Shown: positions 51,900 to 64,000 of the stretch, in pieces
Layout: each line of letters begins with the position of its first letter
Numbering within the stretch: position 1 is the first letter of the stretch
NCBI RefSeq assembly: GCF_006345805.1
Contig: NC_042999.1
Span: 162,440,001-162,504,000, forward strand
DNA length: 64,000 nt
Reading direction: 5' to 3'
DNA from: Octopus sinensis
Taxonomy: Eukaryota
The notes under the pieces: model-generated
The model's input: the letters and a program-made list of their open reading frames with translations, nothing else
What the model was told of the DNA's origin: nothing
Database searches by the model: none
Position numbers and translations under genes: made by a program

Positions 51900-52872
51900 C
51901 AGTAATACCTCCCTTTATGAAGACCCACTTTTATGATAAATGTAAAAAGATTAAACAGTGGATAAAGCCTTGGAAATTTTTCAAGCACAAGATCCAAATT
52001 TTGAACAAAGTGCAAAAGTTTCTACTACCATAACAAGTGCTTCTGCATGTCACCAAGAAATTTATAGAGAGTGAAAAAGAGCTTCTAAGTAAACAACTCT
52101 AGACTTATTTTTTGTTTAAATATCTTTATGTCCATCTACAAGTGCTTGTGGATCGGCAATTGTGTCTACAAATGATGGTTTGCGTGAGTATAGTGCAAGT
52201 GAAAGTGATTCAAAAAGCAATTATAATAATAATATTTTTTATTATAAATGAACTTGATATTCTTTTTACTTTACATAAAATATCCTTTATATTCTACTGT
52301 TGTTTTATTGTCATTTATTTATGAGTATTATAAATTTTAAAGGTAAAATATTTTTCGGGGAACAAATTATGATTTATAACATTGCTACTATGGGAAATTA
52401 TTGCTCTGCTTTACAAGTTTTCACTTTACAAGTGGTCTCCAGGAATGAATTAATTCATATATCGAGGCATTAGGAAGCACTCCATCGGTTACGACGACGA
52501 GGGTTCCGGTTGATCCGATCAACGGAACAGCCTGCTCGTGAAATTAACGTGTAAGTGGCTGAGCACTCCACAGACACGTGTACCCTTAACGTAGTTCTCG
52601 GGGATATATTCAGCGTGACACAGAGAGTGACAAGGCCGGCCCTTTGAAATACAGGTACAACAGAAACAGGAAGTAAGAGTGAGAGAAAGTTGTGGTGAAA
52701 GAGTACAGCAGGGATCACCACCATCCCTGCCGGAGCCTCGTGGAGCTTTTAGGTGTTTTCGCTCAATAAACACTCACAACGCCCGGTCTGGGAATCGAAA
52801 CTGCGATCCTACGACCGCGAGTCCACTGCCCTAACCACTGGGCCATTGCGCCTCCACATCGAGGCATTGCTG
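51900..52872 (+). mobile_element. Tigger/pogo-like internally deleted DNA transposon
   Basis: TA|CAGTAATACCTC..TATGAA ... TTCATATATCGAGGCATT[SINE]GCTG|TA; remnant DPNFEQSAKV...CHQEIYRE*KR..K*TTLD resembles the Tigger C-terminus. Confidence 0.7.
52473..52855 (-). mobile_element. SINE family A inserted in the Tigger right TIR
   Basis: TSD ATCGAGGCATT at 52461-52471 and 52858-52868. Confidence 0.92.
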
Positions 52873-53025
52873 TATATATATTTATATGTATATTTTATAT
52901 ATGTGCAAATGTTGGAGTAATATTTATTGTATAACTCACAAAATTATAAAACAACCGTATATGAATGGAATAAGTATATTCTCTCACCCACCTCACTCAT
53001 CTTATCTGTTTTCAGATATATGTGT

Positions 53026-53069
<44 letters not shown>

Positions 53070-53848
53070 ATGTGTGTGTGCTCATACGTCTGATTTCTAT
53101 GCTGACATAGATGGATGGTTTGACATGGAGCTGTCCAAATTCTGACGAGTTGTGGCATGGTTTCTACAGCTGGATGCCCTTACTAATGCTAACCACTTAA
53201 CAGTGTGCTGGGTGCTTTTTATGTGTCACTGTCATGGGTGCATTTATGCAGTGCCAAAACGGGTATGTTAACATAGCACTGGCATTATATATATATATAT
53301 ATATATATACATACACACACACATCTATAAATGTTTGTTTTATGGTGGCACATAATAAAAACAATTCTATATTAAAACAAAGGATTATTCAATACTTTTG
53401 TAGAGTACACATTTATATTCACATGCTGACTGTGACTTTGAATTTTAGGCTTACTGGCCTTCATTGGACAATCTGATCAAAGTTAGAAAACTAAGAAGTA
53501 TGTGATAGCAAAATGAACTTCTCAACTATCTGGCTATGCTTGCACTCAGCAAGTGTTAACACTTTTACTGAGTTATTAGATTATTATATTGCCAGTCAAT
53601 AGTATGGCAATCTTATCAGTACTACAGTATTAATTAGGTATAACGAGTCAGTAATGCTTATGCTGTAAGAAGGGCATTTCATATAACTAAATGAATTGCT
53701 TTCTGGGTTTTTTTCTTTTTTTAGTTTTTTCTAACAAGTTCAAATACCCCACAAGAAAAATTAGTGATGGACTAGATAGCACCCTACCTATATTGAAGGA
53801 GGGAGTTTCAAACTGCTTCCTGGCAAGTACATTAAGCTATGCTCTTAA

Positions 53849-54068
53849 CCCTTTCATTACTGTATTTATTTTGAGATGCTCTGTGTTTCTTTCAGTTACT
53901 TTAATTATAACAAAGAATTTTGTAAAATAACTTAATTATCATTAACCAAGTGTTAGGAACATTAATTGTGACTGAGGTTTGGTGGAAGATTTTGATTCAA
54001 AACTTTTGAAAACAAGACATTTGTACTCAGAGCCAGAGCCAGTTTCAGCTAGGTTGGTAACGAAAGGG
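53849..54068 (-). mobile_element. piggyBac-like MITE, family 2
   Basis: TTAA flanks; reverse complement of 21452-21671. Confidence 0.85.
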
Positions 54069-54790
54069 TTAACACAACATACTAACTTCCTCTAAAAGTA
54101 ATAGTAATGGATAAAAGCAATAAGAAGATGGAATAAGGAATAAGAAAGATGACAAAACATTTTCGTATTTTCACTCAAATATAAATTTAGATAAGAAAAG
54201 GAAGCAATGCTTGGTGGATAAGGAAAAAAGGATAAAAACAATACATGATGGGTAAAAATAATAAAAGAATTTATGATTGGTGAAACAAACAAATAAAATG
54301 AAGTAAAAAGTGACAGAAAATTCCTATGAAGCAATGGAGAACTAAATTTTTCAGAAATTAAGCTACCTTAATTTCAAAGAAATTAAGAAACAAAATATAG
54401 AAAAAGTAATAAGTAAATAGAAGGGAGGAACAGAATGTTAAAATGAATCACTAATTTCTCAAAAGCATTTTGATGGTGCTAAAAATCCTAAGGGGCAGTA
54501 CAAAACACATCAACCTATATTTTAATGGGATGATGTCACTGTTCAAAGCAACTGCTAGCTATTTTATGGCTGGTAGTTTTGGGAGGTTTTATTAACATTT
54601 TATTCATCTATTTATTGTTTCTTTACTTTTTTGTTTGGTAATTTTGCTTTGTAATTTTTTCATCATTTAAAACACTCAGCAATTTTTGCAAACTCACATT
54701 AGCTACTGAACTAAACTGATGCCTCTGAGATATTGCCCCACATTCTTTTCATGAAAATGCTTTTGTACATGTAAGAGTGCATGCAAGTAA

Positions 54791-54835
<45 letters not shown>

Positions 54836-56844
54836 TGTGTGTGTGTGTGTGCATGGTTACACATGTATATGCAAAAGCTCATAAGGATCATGTGCCAAAT
54901 ATGAACTAAGTATGTCTCCTATCACACTTTAGTAACTGTAAAAAAAAGATGTAAACATAATTACAATTCTGAAAACAACAATGGAATGGCAGAAATAGGT
55001 AATGCTCTTCATTATTTAGTTGTATTTTTATATTCAAATTCCAATGAGGTCATCTTTGCCTTCCAAAATCAATAAAATAAATGCCAGTCAAATACTGGAG
55101 TTGATTTAATTTCCACCTTTAAAATTTCTGACTGCATGCCTAATTTACAAATCATCATCATCATCATTGTTATTATCATTTAAGATGTTGCACAGTATCC
55201 AATATCATGATGTTGTTGAAGGCAGAGAGCTGGTAGAATCATTAGAATACAAGACAAAACGCTTAGCAGCACTTTGTCCATCTTTATGTTCTGAGTGCTG
55301 GGGTCGATTTATTTGACTAAACCCTTCGTGGCCATGAAAACAAGCAAAAGGTGAAAGACAAAAATATTACTTATTTTTTCATCTTAGAAAAGGAAGGATA
55401 ACATCCATGACCTTTTCAGAGCCCCAAGATTTGTGAGAGGTTAGTAGGAAGGTCTCCTCATTGTGGAGACCTAGCCTGAATGCTTGCAACAGAGTGAACT
55501 CAGCTAAAGATACCCAAGAACCAGGTGGTGGTGTTAAATCAAATGACAGAGTAAGTCTTAACTGAGCAAAGGGTGGTCAACTGAAAGGAAGAATACACCA
55601 TTGGATCTAAATGCCATATAGTACTTTAGTTTTCTAGGTTCAAATCTCACTCTTATCACCTTTACCTTGCATTCTAAGAGGGTTAATAAAAATTTATTCA
55701 CTTTGTGACAGCTAATATGAAAAATAATTCATTTAGAAAGGTGGAATAAATACAAAAGAGATTTAAAATCCATAAAGGTTTTCTGTAATTCCGCTAAATT
55801 CAAATCCCAGGGATTTTTTTTACTTTCTATACTTTAGAGATAGTAAGTGACAAAGCATAAGAAGAGGCTAATAAGATAAAATATTGCTTTTACCCACTAG
55901 AAAACAAACCAACTATCTGTGAGAGGGAGGGATCATGTGTCAAAGAAAGAACAACATTTATGTTACACACTAATTATTCCTATATTCCTGACTCTACTCA
56001 AGAAATAAATATCAGTGGAATTAGTTACATTCCTTATGTGCATGAGGAAGGCGGGGCTGTAAATTACCATATATATATATATGTATATTCATATATACAC
56101 ACACACACATACATATCTTCATTATAAGATAAGTTAGAAAGAGAATACCCTAAAATAAATATAGCAGTTGTTTATTTTTTTGTGTGTAACAACAAATTTA
56201 GAGAAATATCATTGGTTTCATATCTAGCATGAACCAGACATATCATCAGTTTCTCTAAACAATAGCTGTTCTCTGTAAAAGATGTTTTTAAAAACAGATG
56301 AATGCCAGTGATAGTTGAAGGAAAATTCCCTATAAAAATTATGGCCAGGCGAGTTATCATCCTTCGCTTGATAGCTAGGTTTTCCTATTTTGAAGTAAAA
56401 ATTTCCGAAAATGTGGAAAACTCCCCACAGCTTCCGTCCTGAAGTTTAGGTGGCCTTCCGGCTCATGTGAGTTCATTAGGATGATATATCTTTCTGCCAT
56501 ACGCAATTTACATAGCTTTGATCTATTGCAATAGCGTCTGCAAGTTTCTAATAATTTCTACCTGATGTTAAAGTGCATATGATCATCCTTTAGGCACTAC
56601 ATGCATGCTGCAAGTGTCATTATACTGCGTCTCTGCAGCACCCTGAAAGAAGATTTGTGGTTGTTCAGGCGAATTTTAAATTTGGATTCACAAGATCCAA
56701 GATAAATTTGAGTGTGTGTCCCTGTGTTTGCATTGTTGTTACTGTTATTTGTACTGTTTCTGTTTGAGGATTCCTTTCCTTGGTACACTGTAGCCTCACT
56801 GTTACATCAGCTGTCTACTGGGCATTCATTTCTAATCCAGTATA

Positions 56845-57070
56845 TATTTCTTTATTGCCCACAAGGGGCTAAACATAGAGGGGACAAACAAGGACAGACA
56901 AAGGGATTAAGTCGATTACTTCGACCCCAGTGCGCAACTGGTACTTTATTTATCAACCCCGAAAGGATGAAAGACAAAGTTGACCTTGGCGGAATTTGAA
57001 CTCACAACGTAACAACAGACGAAATACAGCTACGCATTTCGCCTGGTGTGCTAACGTTTCTGCCAGCTCG
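56845..57070 (-). mobile_element. SINE family C
   Basis: Reverse complement of 27084-27313. Confidence 0.85.
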
Positions 57071-57383
57071 TGTGGTTTAGGAGTGCTAAGTCATTTTTTC
57101 CTAACATTGGGTGTGCAACTGAAAGATATCCTTAAATTTTGTGTTAAAGATCTTTCTGCATTTGTGTGACTGCGTGAAATGCTTATCCACCAACCTAAGA
57201 AAAATCTTACCTACGCATGTCCAGACGTTTAGTGAGTAGGGGAGTGAGTGTGAACCATAAAGTCTTGCAGCGACATTTCGTGTTATGGTTGCTTGATCCT
57301 GGTGTATATACTATATGGTCTTTGAACCTGCTGGCCACTAGCACCTCATTGTAAGCAGGAGCCGCTGCATTGAAATTATCTTT

Positions 57384-57604
57384 CATCATCATCATCACCA
57401 TCATCGTTTAACGTCTGTTTTCCGCACTAGCATGGGTTGGACGGTTCGACCGGGGTCTGGGAAGCCAGGGGCTGCACCAGGCTCCAGTCTGATCTGGCAG
57501 AGTTTCTACAGCTGGATGCCCTTCCTAACGCCAACTACTCCGAGAGTGTAGTGGGTGCTTTTTACGTGCCACCTGCACAGGTGCCAGGGTGTCCGGCATC
57601 GGCC
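57384..57604 (-). mobile_element. RTE 3' tail nested in PLE3
   Basis: Homologous to 12484-12680; splits the PLE peptide SSNK|DNF. Confidence 0.85.
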
Positions 57605-58432
57605 TTTATTTGAAGATAAGTTCAAAATCCATTTACTAATTTTTATTAGGTTTCTGAACACTATGGGTGGGTGGGCGGCAGGAAGCTGTGCTAATGTATG
57701 ATGGTCTATCATTCAGCTTGCGACATGGTCTGTAGGTGCCACTGTCTAAATCAAGTGTGACATCCAAGAAGTTCACCATGAAGTTAGTCTCTATGGTGAT
57801 TTTAAGACCAAGGTTGTTAAGGGTGTGTATAATGTCTTTCCTAAAAGTGGTAGTAATAGTACATTTATGATCATTTCTGTTTACATCATCAGAATGCAGA
57901 GTCATATGTAGAGATAAGAAAAGCAAAAGACATAGGAATACATTGGTAACGAGAATAAAGACAATGGTGAGTCTTAGATTACAGCAGATTTCTTAGTTGA
58001 TAATTCTGCTGCGAAGTAGATGAAGGATGGAGGTTGTTTTGATCTGAAGTACCAAGTTTAACTAAGCACATATTTTCCACGTGTTTATTCTGGCTAGACT
58101 TTTCACCTGCGGTGTAAAGAAAAGGGATTGACTCTAACTCATGGTGAAAAGGGAGTTAACTCTATCCGGATTACTCAGTCCGGGGTGAGTAAGGAATTTA
58201 TGTGTCTTTGTAGGAAGTTCATAGTAATGGAAGCCCTGTGTAGGTGTAAAATAATTTATTATGGGGTGTGTAAAGCGAGTGGGGGTTTGGAGGTCAATGC
58301 TTGCATGTAAGTAGTTTAAGTGGTTCCCGGCTAAATGAGATTATTTAGGTAATCATTAGGAACGCCTTTGGTTTTAACCATCCCTTAGAAGTTTTAAACA
58401 CCTCTAACTTATACCTATATATGTATATATAT

Positions 58433-58471
<39 letters not shown>

Positions 58472-58491
58472 CAAATAAGAAAATGGAGAAG

Positions 58492-58614
58492 CACATGACA
58501 AGGCCTAGCGCTATATATAAGTACCTCATTTTCAACTGCCTATTACCTCTATACACTTGACTAATATAAGCAGAATGAGATGCTTTTATCTATAGGCTGA
58601 AACAGCTGTAAGTG
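58492..58614 (+). ncRNA. Degenerate copy of the long-stem-II hammerhead
   Basis: cac ATGACAA ggcct [insert homologous to 39766-39858] aggct GAAA cagctg TA agtg; CUGANGA core mutated. Confidence 0.5.
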
Positions 58615-58768
58615 ATTTTAATAATTTATATTCATGTTTTTTAATAATTGCTTTTATTCATATTTTATATGCATAGAATAATATACTATATGTATGTATG
58701 TTATTATTTACCCGCTCTCCTATGCTTCGTGCCGTTTCCCCTACGTATGTCGTTGTCTTACATAGGTA

Positions 58769-59718
58769 TTGTATTCACATCCGTCTTGTGCGTTCACATT
58801 CCTGTCTTCTACCAAGAAATCTAATGCTTACAGCTTAGTTTTTTTTCTTGGGGCTGGCCGAGTTGGAGCAAATATCAGAATTGAACAGCCGAAATTTGCT
58901 ATGATGATTCGGTGTCTGACTGAAGATTGAAGGCTTCGAATGATTTGTCTGTGTTCCGTGTTCGTCCCTTCCTGTATTTCACGTTCATTATATATAAAAA
59001 CATTCATTCTTATATTATTGCGGCGTTACGTGCACCCCCCCGTTTGTTTGTCCAATTTTAAACCCTGCACGACTTCTATACACAGTCTTTTACTACCCGC
59101 CATTGCTTCTTCACCAAACTTTTTGGCGCCTTCCGATTCTTCCCCTCTCTTCCTCCCATCCTCCTCCCCTCTTCCTCCCATCCTCCTTAATCCCTTCTTT
59201 CTCCTTCTCTCTTGGTCACTGATTCTGTCCCCTGCCTTCCACCCTCTTTGATTCCCTCTCTCTCTGTCTCTCTTTCTCTCTCTCCTGACCTGCTGCTTCT
59301 TCAACCATTCTGTTGGCCTTCGTATCTCGACCAACATGTGTCCCCGCTACCGAAATGGTAATTATTTCTACGCCAGCTGCTATGTTGTTGTTTTGTCTCA
59401 TTGGTCTAAAGTCGTATGACAACCACCGTTATATACATTTTGTTTTTTCATTACTGTTTTCAATTTCGTTTTCGTCTCTTGTATTCACATCCGTCTTGTG
59501 CGTTCACATTCCTGTCTTCTACCAAGAAATCTAATGCTTACAGCTTAGTTTTTTTTCTTGGGGCTGGCCGAGTTGGAGCAAATATCAGAATTGAACAGCC
59601 GAAATTTGCTATGATGATTCGGTGTCTGACTGAAGATTGAAGGCTTCGAATGATTTGTCTGTGTTCCGTGTTCGTCCCTTCCTGTATTTCACGTTCATTA
59701 TATATAAAAACATTCATT
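58769..59718. repeat. Two apparently identical 240-bp direct repeats (58769-59008, 59479-59718) around a 470-bp pyrimidine-rich core
   Basis: Direct sequence comparison. Confidence 0.88.
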
Positions 59719-59811
59719 TATATATATATATATATATATATATAGGTATATGTATATATATATATAGGTATATGTGTATATATATATAGGTATATGTGTA
59801 TATATATATAG

Positions 59812-59852
<41 letters not shown>

Positions 59853-60504
59853 TAGATATATATATACACGCACACACATACATAATATATATACACACAT
59901 ATGTAAAAAGGTTGAATTAGATTCATCCTTTAATTTGGGCTTTTCCAAAAAAAGATTTCTGATATAGACACTTCATATTTTGCTGGTAGCTTACTGGCGT
60001 AAAAATTGCGAATAGGAAAATAATACTTGTATATGGTGTGTTGTGAATTTATGGAAAGAAATCCCATAAAACTCAACAATTTTGATAAAAACGAAGAGAA
60101 GATGTTAAAATATATAAGAGAATTTTAATTCATGCAGACGATCGTTTCATACAGCGATATAAAAATCATGCAAATTCATGGTTGAATTGCATTAATTAAA
60201 TTAATTAGATTAAATTAAATCAATTATATATCAATGTACTCTTCAGTGCAAGAAGTATACAGAAATTTTTTTTTACAAAGGAATTGAGAAAGGAAAAAGC
60301 AGAATAGGATCTAAGAGATTCATATTTATCCTTATGAGAAAGGAAGATATGTGTGAGTCCAGTTAGGTATTAACTTAAACTAAAGGCTATAACGGTTATT
60401 TGAAAATATAAGTGAGAGAGGTTTTAGAGATGTTCCCTCTATAGAAGAGTAAGGAGATACGAAATTCTAACTCCAAATAAGTCGTGTAGGGAAAAAATTG
60501 TATA

Positions 60505-60610
60505 GAAATGTGCAATCAAATTGAATTAAGATATGACCTGAAATGTGCAATTGAATTGAATTAAGATATGACCTGAAATGTGCAATTGAATTGAATTAAG
60601 ATATGACCTG
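60505..60610. repeat. Minisatellite, 3 x 35 bp
   Basis: GAAATGTGCAATTGAATTGAATTAAGATATGACCT. Confidence 0.9.
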
Positions 60611-60802
60611 ATGGTTAGAAATAATACTTAGTGTGGTATATATTTTTTAAAAATTTAACACATGAGAATAAAGTGAAACTAGAGGAGATAGTGTATGAAG
60701 GGCTAGTGGATTGTTAACATAAACAAGTGTTATAGAAGTAACAATGGATTAAAGAGAGAATAAGATGCATAAAATGGACTAGTGTGTGTATAAGAACTAA
60801 TA

Positions 60803-61062
60803 CATCTCTCACTAACCATTCATCTATCCCTAGTTTCCTCATTGACCACCAGATAAGGGATCGGGGGACCCTGTCAAAGGCTTTCTCCATGTCAACGAAA
60901 GCCAGGTACAGAGGTTTATCTTTGGCTAGGTATTTCTCCTGCAGCTGTTTTACCAGAAATATAGCATCAGTGGTGCTTTTCCCTGGCATGAACCCAAACT
61001 GCATCTCATCTAAACTGAGATGCAGTTTGGGTTTGTGCCAGGGAAAAGCACCACTGATGCTA
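60803..61062 (-). mobile_element. RTE RT fragment ending in a 47-bp fold-back
   Basis: QFGFMPGKSTTDAIF...AFVDMEKAFDRVPR; 60962-61008 is inverted at 61016-61062. Confidence 0.85.
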
Positions 61063-61249
61063 CAATCTCCTATAAAAACTTACAAGGAAAAAATTGTTAG
61101 TATATTTACTTATATGTGAGTTGAGGAATATCTGCACATTAGTATACATAGATAGAGGAATTCCAGTTGTTTTTTGATTAGGGAATACATAAAGAAAGGA
61201 ACACCGTATACAAGTATATATACTCATACTGGTGCAAAGGGAGAAAAAA

Positions 61250-62254
61250 AAATGAGCAACCATGCCTCGTTTCACATGGATGTTACAAAGATGGTGGCAG
61301 TGTGCAAGAGCGTCGGCTGCGGGGTCACTCCGAAAAGCTCTATCTGTGACGATTTCATCTCAATCGAAGGAGAGGGGCTTTCTCCATCTGGGTTGCGGAT
61401 CCGTGAAATAAGCTGCTGGACGAGATAGTGAAGATGCCGACGACTGCTTGGTTCAAAGTCTCTCTTGACCAGAAATGGCCTGAACTCTTTGCATGAACAC
61501 CCTCCCTGTACATAACTCCATGTCCCCCTACATGGCCTTGCATTTTGCTTTTTGAGCCAAAAAATTAACTTAACTAAATGGCCAGATGGATTCAGAGAAC
61601 CTTCAGAACAAGGGACCAGGAAACTATGCTGGTCCTATGGAGGACATTTGTCCTCAGCCGTCTTGACTACTGCTCTCAACTATAGTCACCCTATATTGAA
61701 GGATTAATAGCAGAACTTGAGGCCATTCAGAGATACTACACGAGGAAGATTGCATCAATAGAACAACTGAGCTACTGGGAGAGACTGAAAGAGCTACGAC
61801 TCTACTCCCTGGAGCGAAGACAGGAGAGGTATGCAGTGATATATGTATGGAAGATACTGGAGGGGCTGGTACCAAACTTTCAAATTGAGAGTTATACCAG
61901 ACCTCGAAATGGATGTCACTGCACTGTTCCAAAAGTCCCAGCTGTCTTATCTAGGGTGAGGACCATGTACTGCAATAGCTTGGGATTCAAGGACACACAG
62001 CTTTTTAACTCCTTGTCAAAACATCTGAGGGACCTCCATGGAGTGGGAGTAGATGTTTTTAAGAAACAACTTGACCTCTTACTATCCAAGATCCCAGAAG
62101 AACCAATATCAAGGCAGGAAACTCAGAGTGGTCAGCGATATTGAACTCCCTCCTTCACCACAAGCCAAACCCATAGAATTGGCCAATTAAAAAGTGATTA
62201 CAATGGCGGTGCCCCAGCATAGCCACAGCCTCAAGGCTGAAACATAAAAGAATA
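61250..62254 (+). mobile_element. CR1-group LINE 3' region with SINE-B-like tail, interrupted by another CR1 tail
   Basis: MSNHASFHMDVTKM|ARWIQRTFRTRD...LSRLDYCSQL.SP...YWERLKELRLYSLERRQERY..IYVWKIL. Confidence 0.8.
61313..61577 (+). mobile_element. CR1-group LINE tail (same family as 3742-4295)
   Basis: Reverse complement of ~3745-4005; (TTAAC)n end. Confidence 0.85.
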
Positions 62255-62477
62255 TATATATATATATATATTATATATGTGTATATATATATTTATATGT
62301 CCTATATTTTTCTCTGGTGTGTCCTGTACACAATGTGTATACTTTTGGTATTTTGTCATGTACTTATCTCGTGTGTTTACGTACTTTTCACTCGTTGGCA
62401 ATGTCCTGTACACAATGTGTACTTTTTATTTTATTCATAATCAAACGCCATGCAGCCTTGTCCATAGTAAGTTCTTA

Positions 62478-62514
<37 letters not shown>

Positions 62515-62523
62515 TAATAAACA

Positions 62524-62643
62524 CAGGCATGACTGTGTGGTAAGATGCTTGCTTCCCAACCGCATGGTTCTGGGTTTAGCCCCGTGTGGCACTTTGGGTA
62601 AGTGCCTTCCGCTATAGCCATGGGCTGACCAAAGCCTTGTGAG
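62524..62643 (+). mobile_element. SINE family B 5' fragment
   Basis: Head sequence, truncated after CCTTGTGAGT. Confidence 0.75.
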
Positions 62644-62867
62644 TAATTTCTCGCTATAATCGCAGTTCACCTATTGCAGCTTAAGCTTATATCGATTCCT
62701 CCGTGGTATTGTTTTGCGTTTGTAATAAAATAAATATATACAAATTATAAAAATAATCTTTTTAAAATATACAGTACGGTACTGTTTCTACTTTGTAGAT
62801 TTTCACCTATCACAGGGGCTTTTGGAACATAACACCTGCAATAGCCAAGGGATTATTGTGTGTGTGC

Positions 62868-62903
<36 letters not shown>

Positions 62904-62910
62904 TTTATTT

Positions 62911-62947
62911 TGTTACTCTGAGTTTCTCGTTGCCGTTCATCAGACAG
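62911..62947 (-). ncRNA. Type I hammerhead-like motif (PLE2 family)
   Basis: Core identical to 46927-46963. Confidence 0.72.
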
Positions 62948-64000
62948 TTTTTGCTAGAATGGAACATATATATAAATTCAATCTATACTCTTACAAACGC
63001 TACACCTTTAAAAAGAAATGGACTTGTTTGATTGGCCCTTTAGAAAAAAACGGTCAATCTTCGAGCGATAAACAAAAAGGTCAAAAATATATGTATATAT
63101 ATATAAAAAAACTTATAAAAATTATAAAATTCGAGGAAAAACCGAGGAAAAAACCTATTGCCGTTAATGAAGACAGTACAAATTAATGCATATAAATTAA
63201 ACCTTTTATAAATACTGCAATACATATTTATATTAAAATCCACATATATATATCAACATACACAAAAGGATGCGCGTAAACGCCATACATACATATACAG
63301 ACGTATGAATATGAATCTAAATTATACACATAAAAGCATGTGTACATATATTCACGCAAACCGTCTCGCACGCAAGCTAAAATTCATCTATGTAGCAATT
63401 CTCATATACTGAGCAAGGAGGGGGAACGAAAGAAAGGGAAAGAGAGAAAAAGGAACGAAAGGGGGGGGGGAACTTGTAGCGATGTTATTGGCATCTATAG
63501 AGGCCAGTATACATACACAAGTTTGAATTGATACATATACATACCGTCGTGTGTATGCGTGCTTAAGCACAAGCATACTTTCACTTACACATACACAGAT
63601 ACGCATGCTTACAAATACATATGCTTTGCTATACACAAACTTATATAAACATTCTAAATTTGACAACATTGCTTTTTTTAAAAAAACATTGCTTTTAAAA
63701 AATGGGCGCATTAATAAAAATATATACGAAAGACATATAAAATAAAATATAACATCCTATTTTGGGTCATTATAAATAATCAAGGTAATATAAATAATCA
63801 AGGTAATCCTATGCAATACAATAACATGAAAACAAAGTTTGTAGGTTTTTCCTAATATATATGTAGAAACAATAAGACTTTGCTATAGATCCGTCGTAGC
63901 GCTTAAGAGTCAAAATCAAAATCAAAAATCAAAATACAAAATATATACTCTATCCATATGGTATATTTATATTCGACATTTTAAATTTAGCCGCGTGCCT
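62911..64000 (-). mobile_element. Second copy of PLE2 (3' UTR and ORF end; runs off window)
   Basis: Reverse complement of ~45767-46963 with scattered differences. Confidence 0.9.

Larger units (their letters stand above)
56380..57845 (-). mobile_element. Penelope-like element 3, degraded, with nested SINE C and RTE tail
   Basis: FRKDII..LGLKITIETN..VNFLDVTLDL..YRP, HPP, YLGSCESKFKIRLNNHKSSF, CKL..AERYII...LNFRTE; may extend to ~58420. Confidence 0.8.

Noticed and set aside
55451-55474. Hairpin GGTCTCC-TCATTGT-GGAGACC
   Set aside because: Short isolated stem; could not build a larger RNA fold around it
58915-58945. CTGAAGA..GAAT in the 240-bp repeat
   Set aside because: No GAAA, helix III or helix I
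60505-60610. 35-bp repeats as a CRISPR-like array
   Set aside because: No spacers; eukaryotic context; simple minisatellite

Overview
AT-rich, microsatellite-dense animal genomic DNA. The repeat families resemble those of octopus/cephalopods; this is inferred from family resemblance, not tested. Most of the window is nested, mostly decayed transposable elements: three tRNA-type SINE families, RTE, CR1-group and R4/Dong-like LINEs, four Penelope-like element (PLE) loci plus ORF-less PLE remnants, non-autonomous Helitrons, mariner, Tc1, Tigger/pogo, hAT and piggyBac-like MITEs. No intact protein-coding gene is recognisable. Three small phase-compatible minus-strand candidate exons (42795-42828, 23329-23384, 12104-12164) suggest the window may be mostly intron of an unidentified gene. 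The most striking signal is nine type I hammerhead-ribozyme-like motifs of at least six designs, all with palindromic or near loop-less helix III. Four lie in PLE terminal repeats and the rest in ORF-less remnants; one design carries a 93-nt insert in stem II and occurs twice. Other points: a Helitron carrying a captured LINE 5'UTR/ORF1 fragment, a SINE/LINE pair sharing a covarying 3' stem-loop, and several long fold-back hairpins. Boundaries of degraded elements are approximate.
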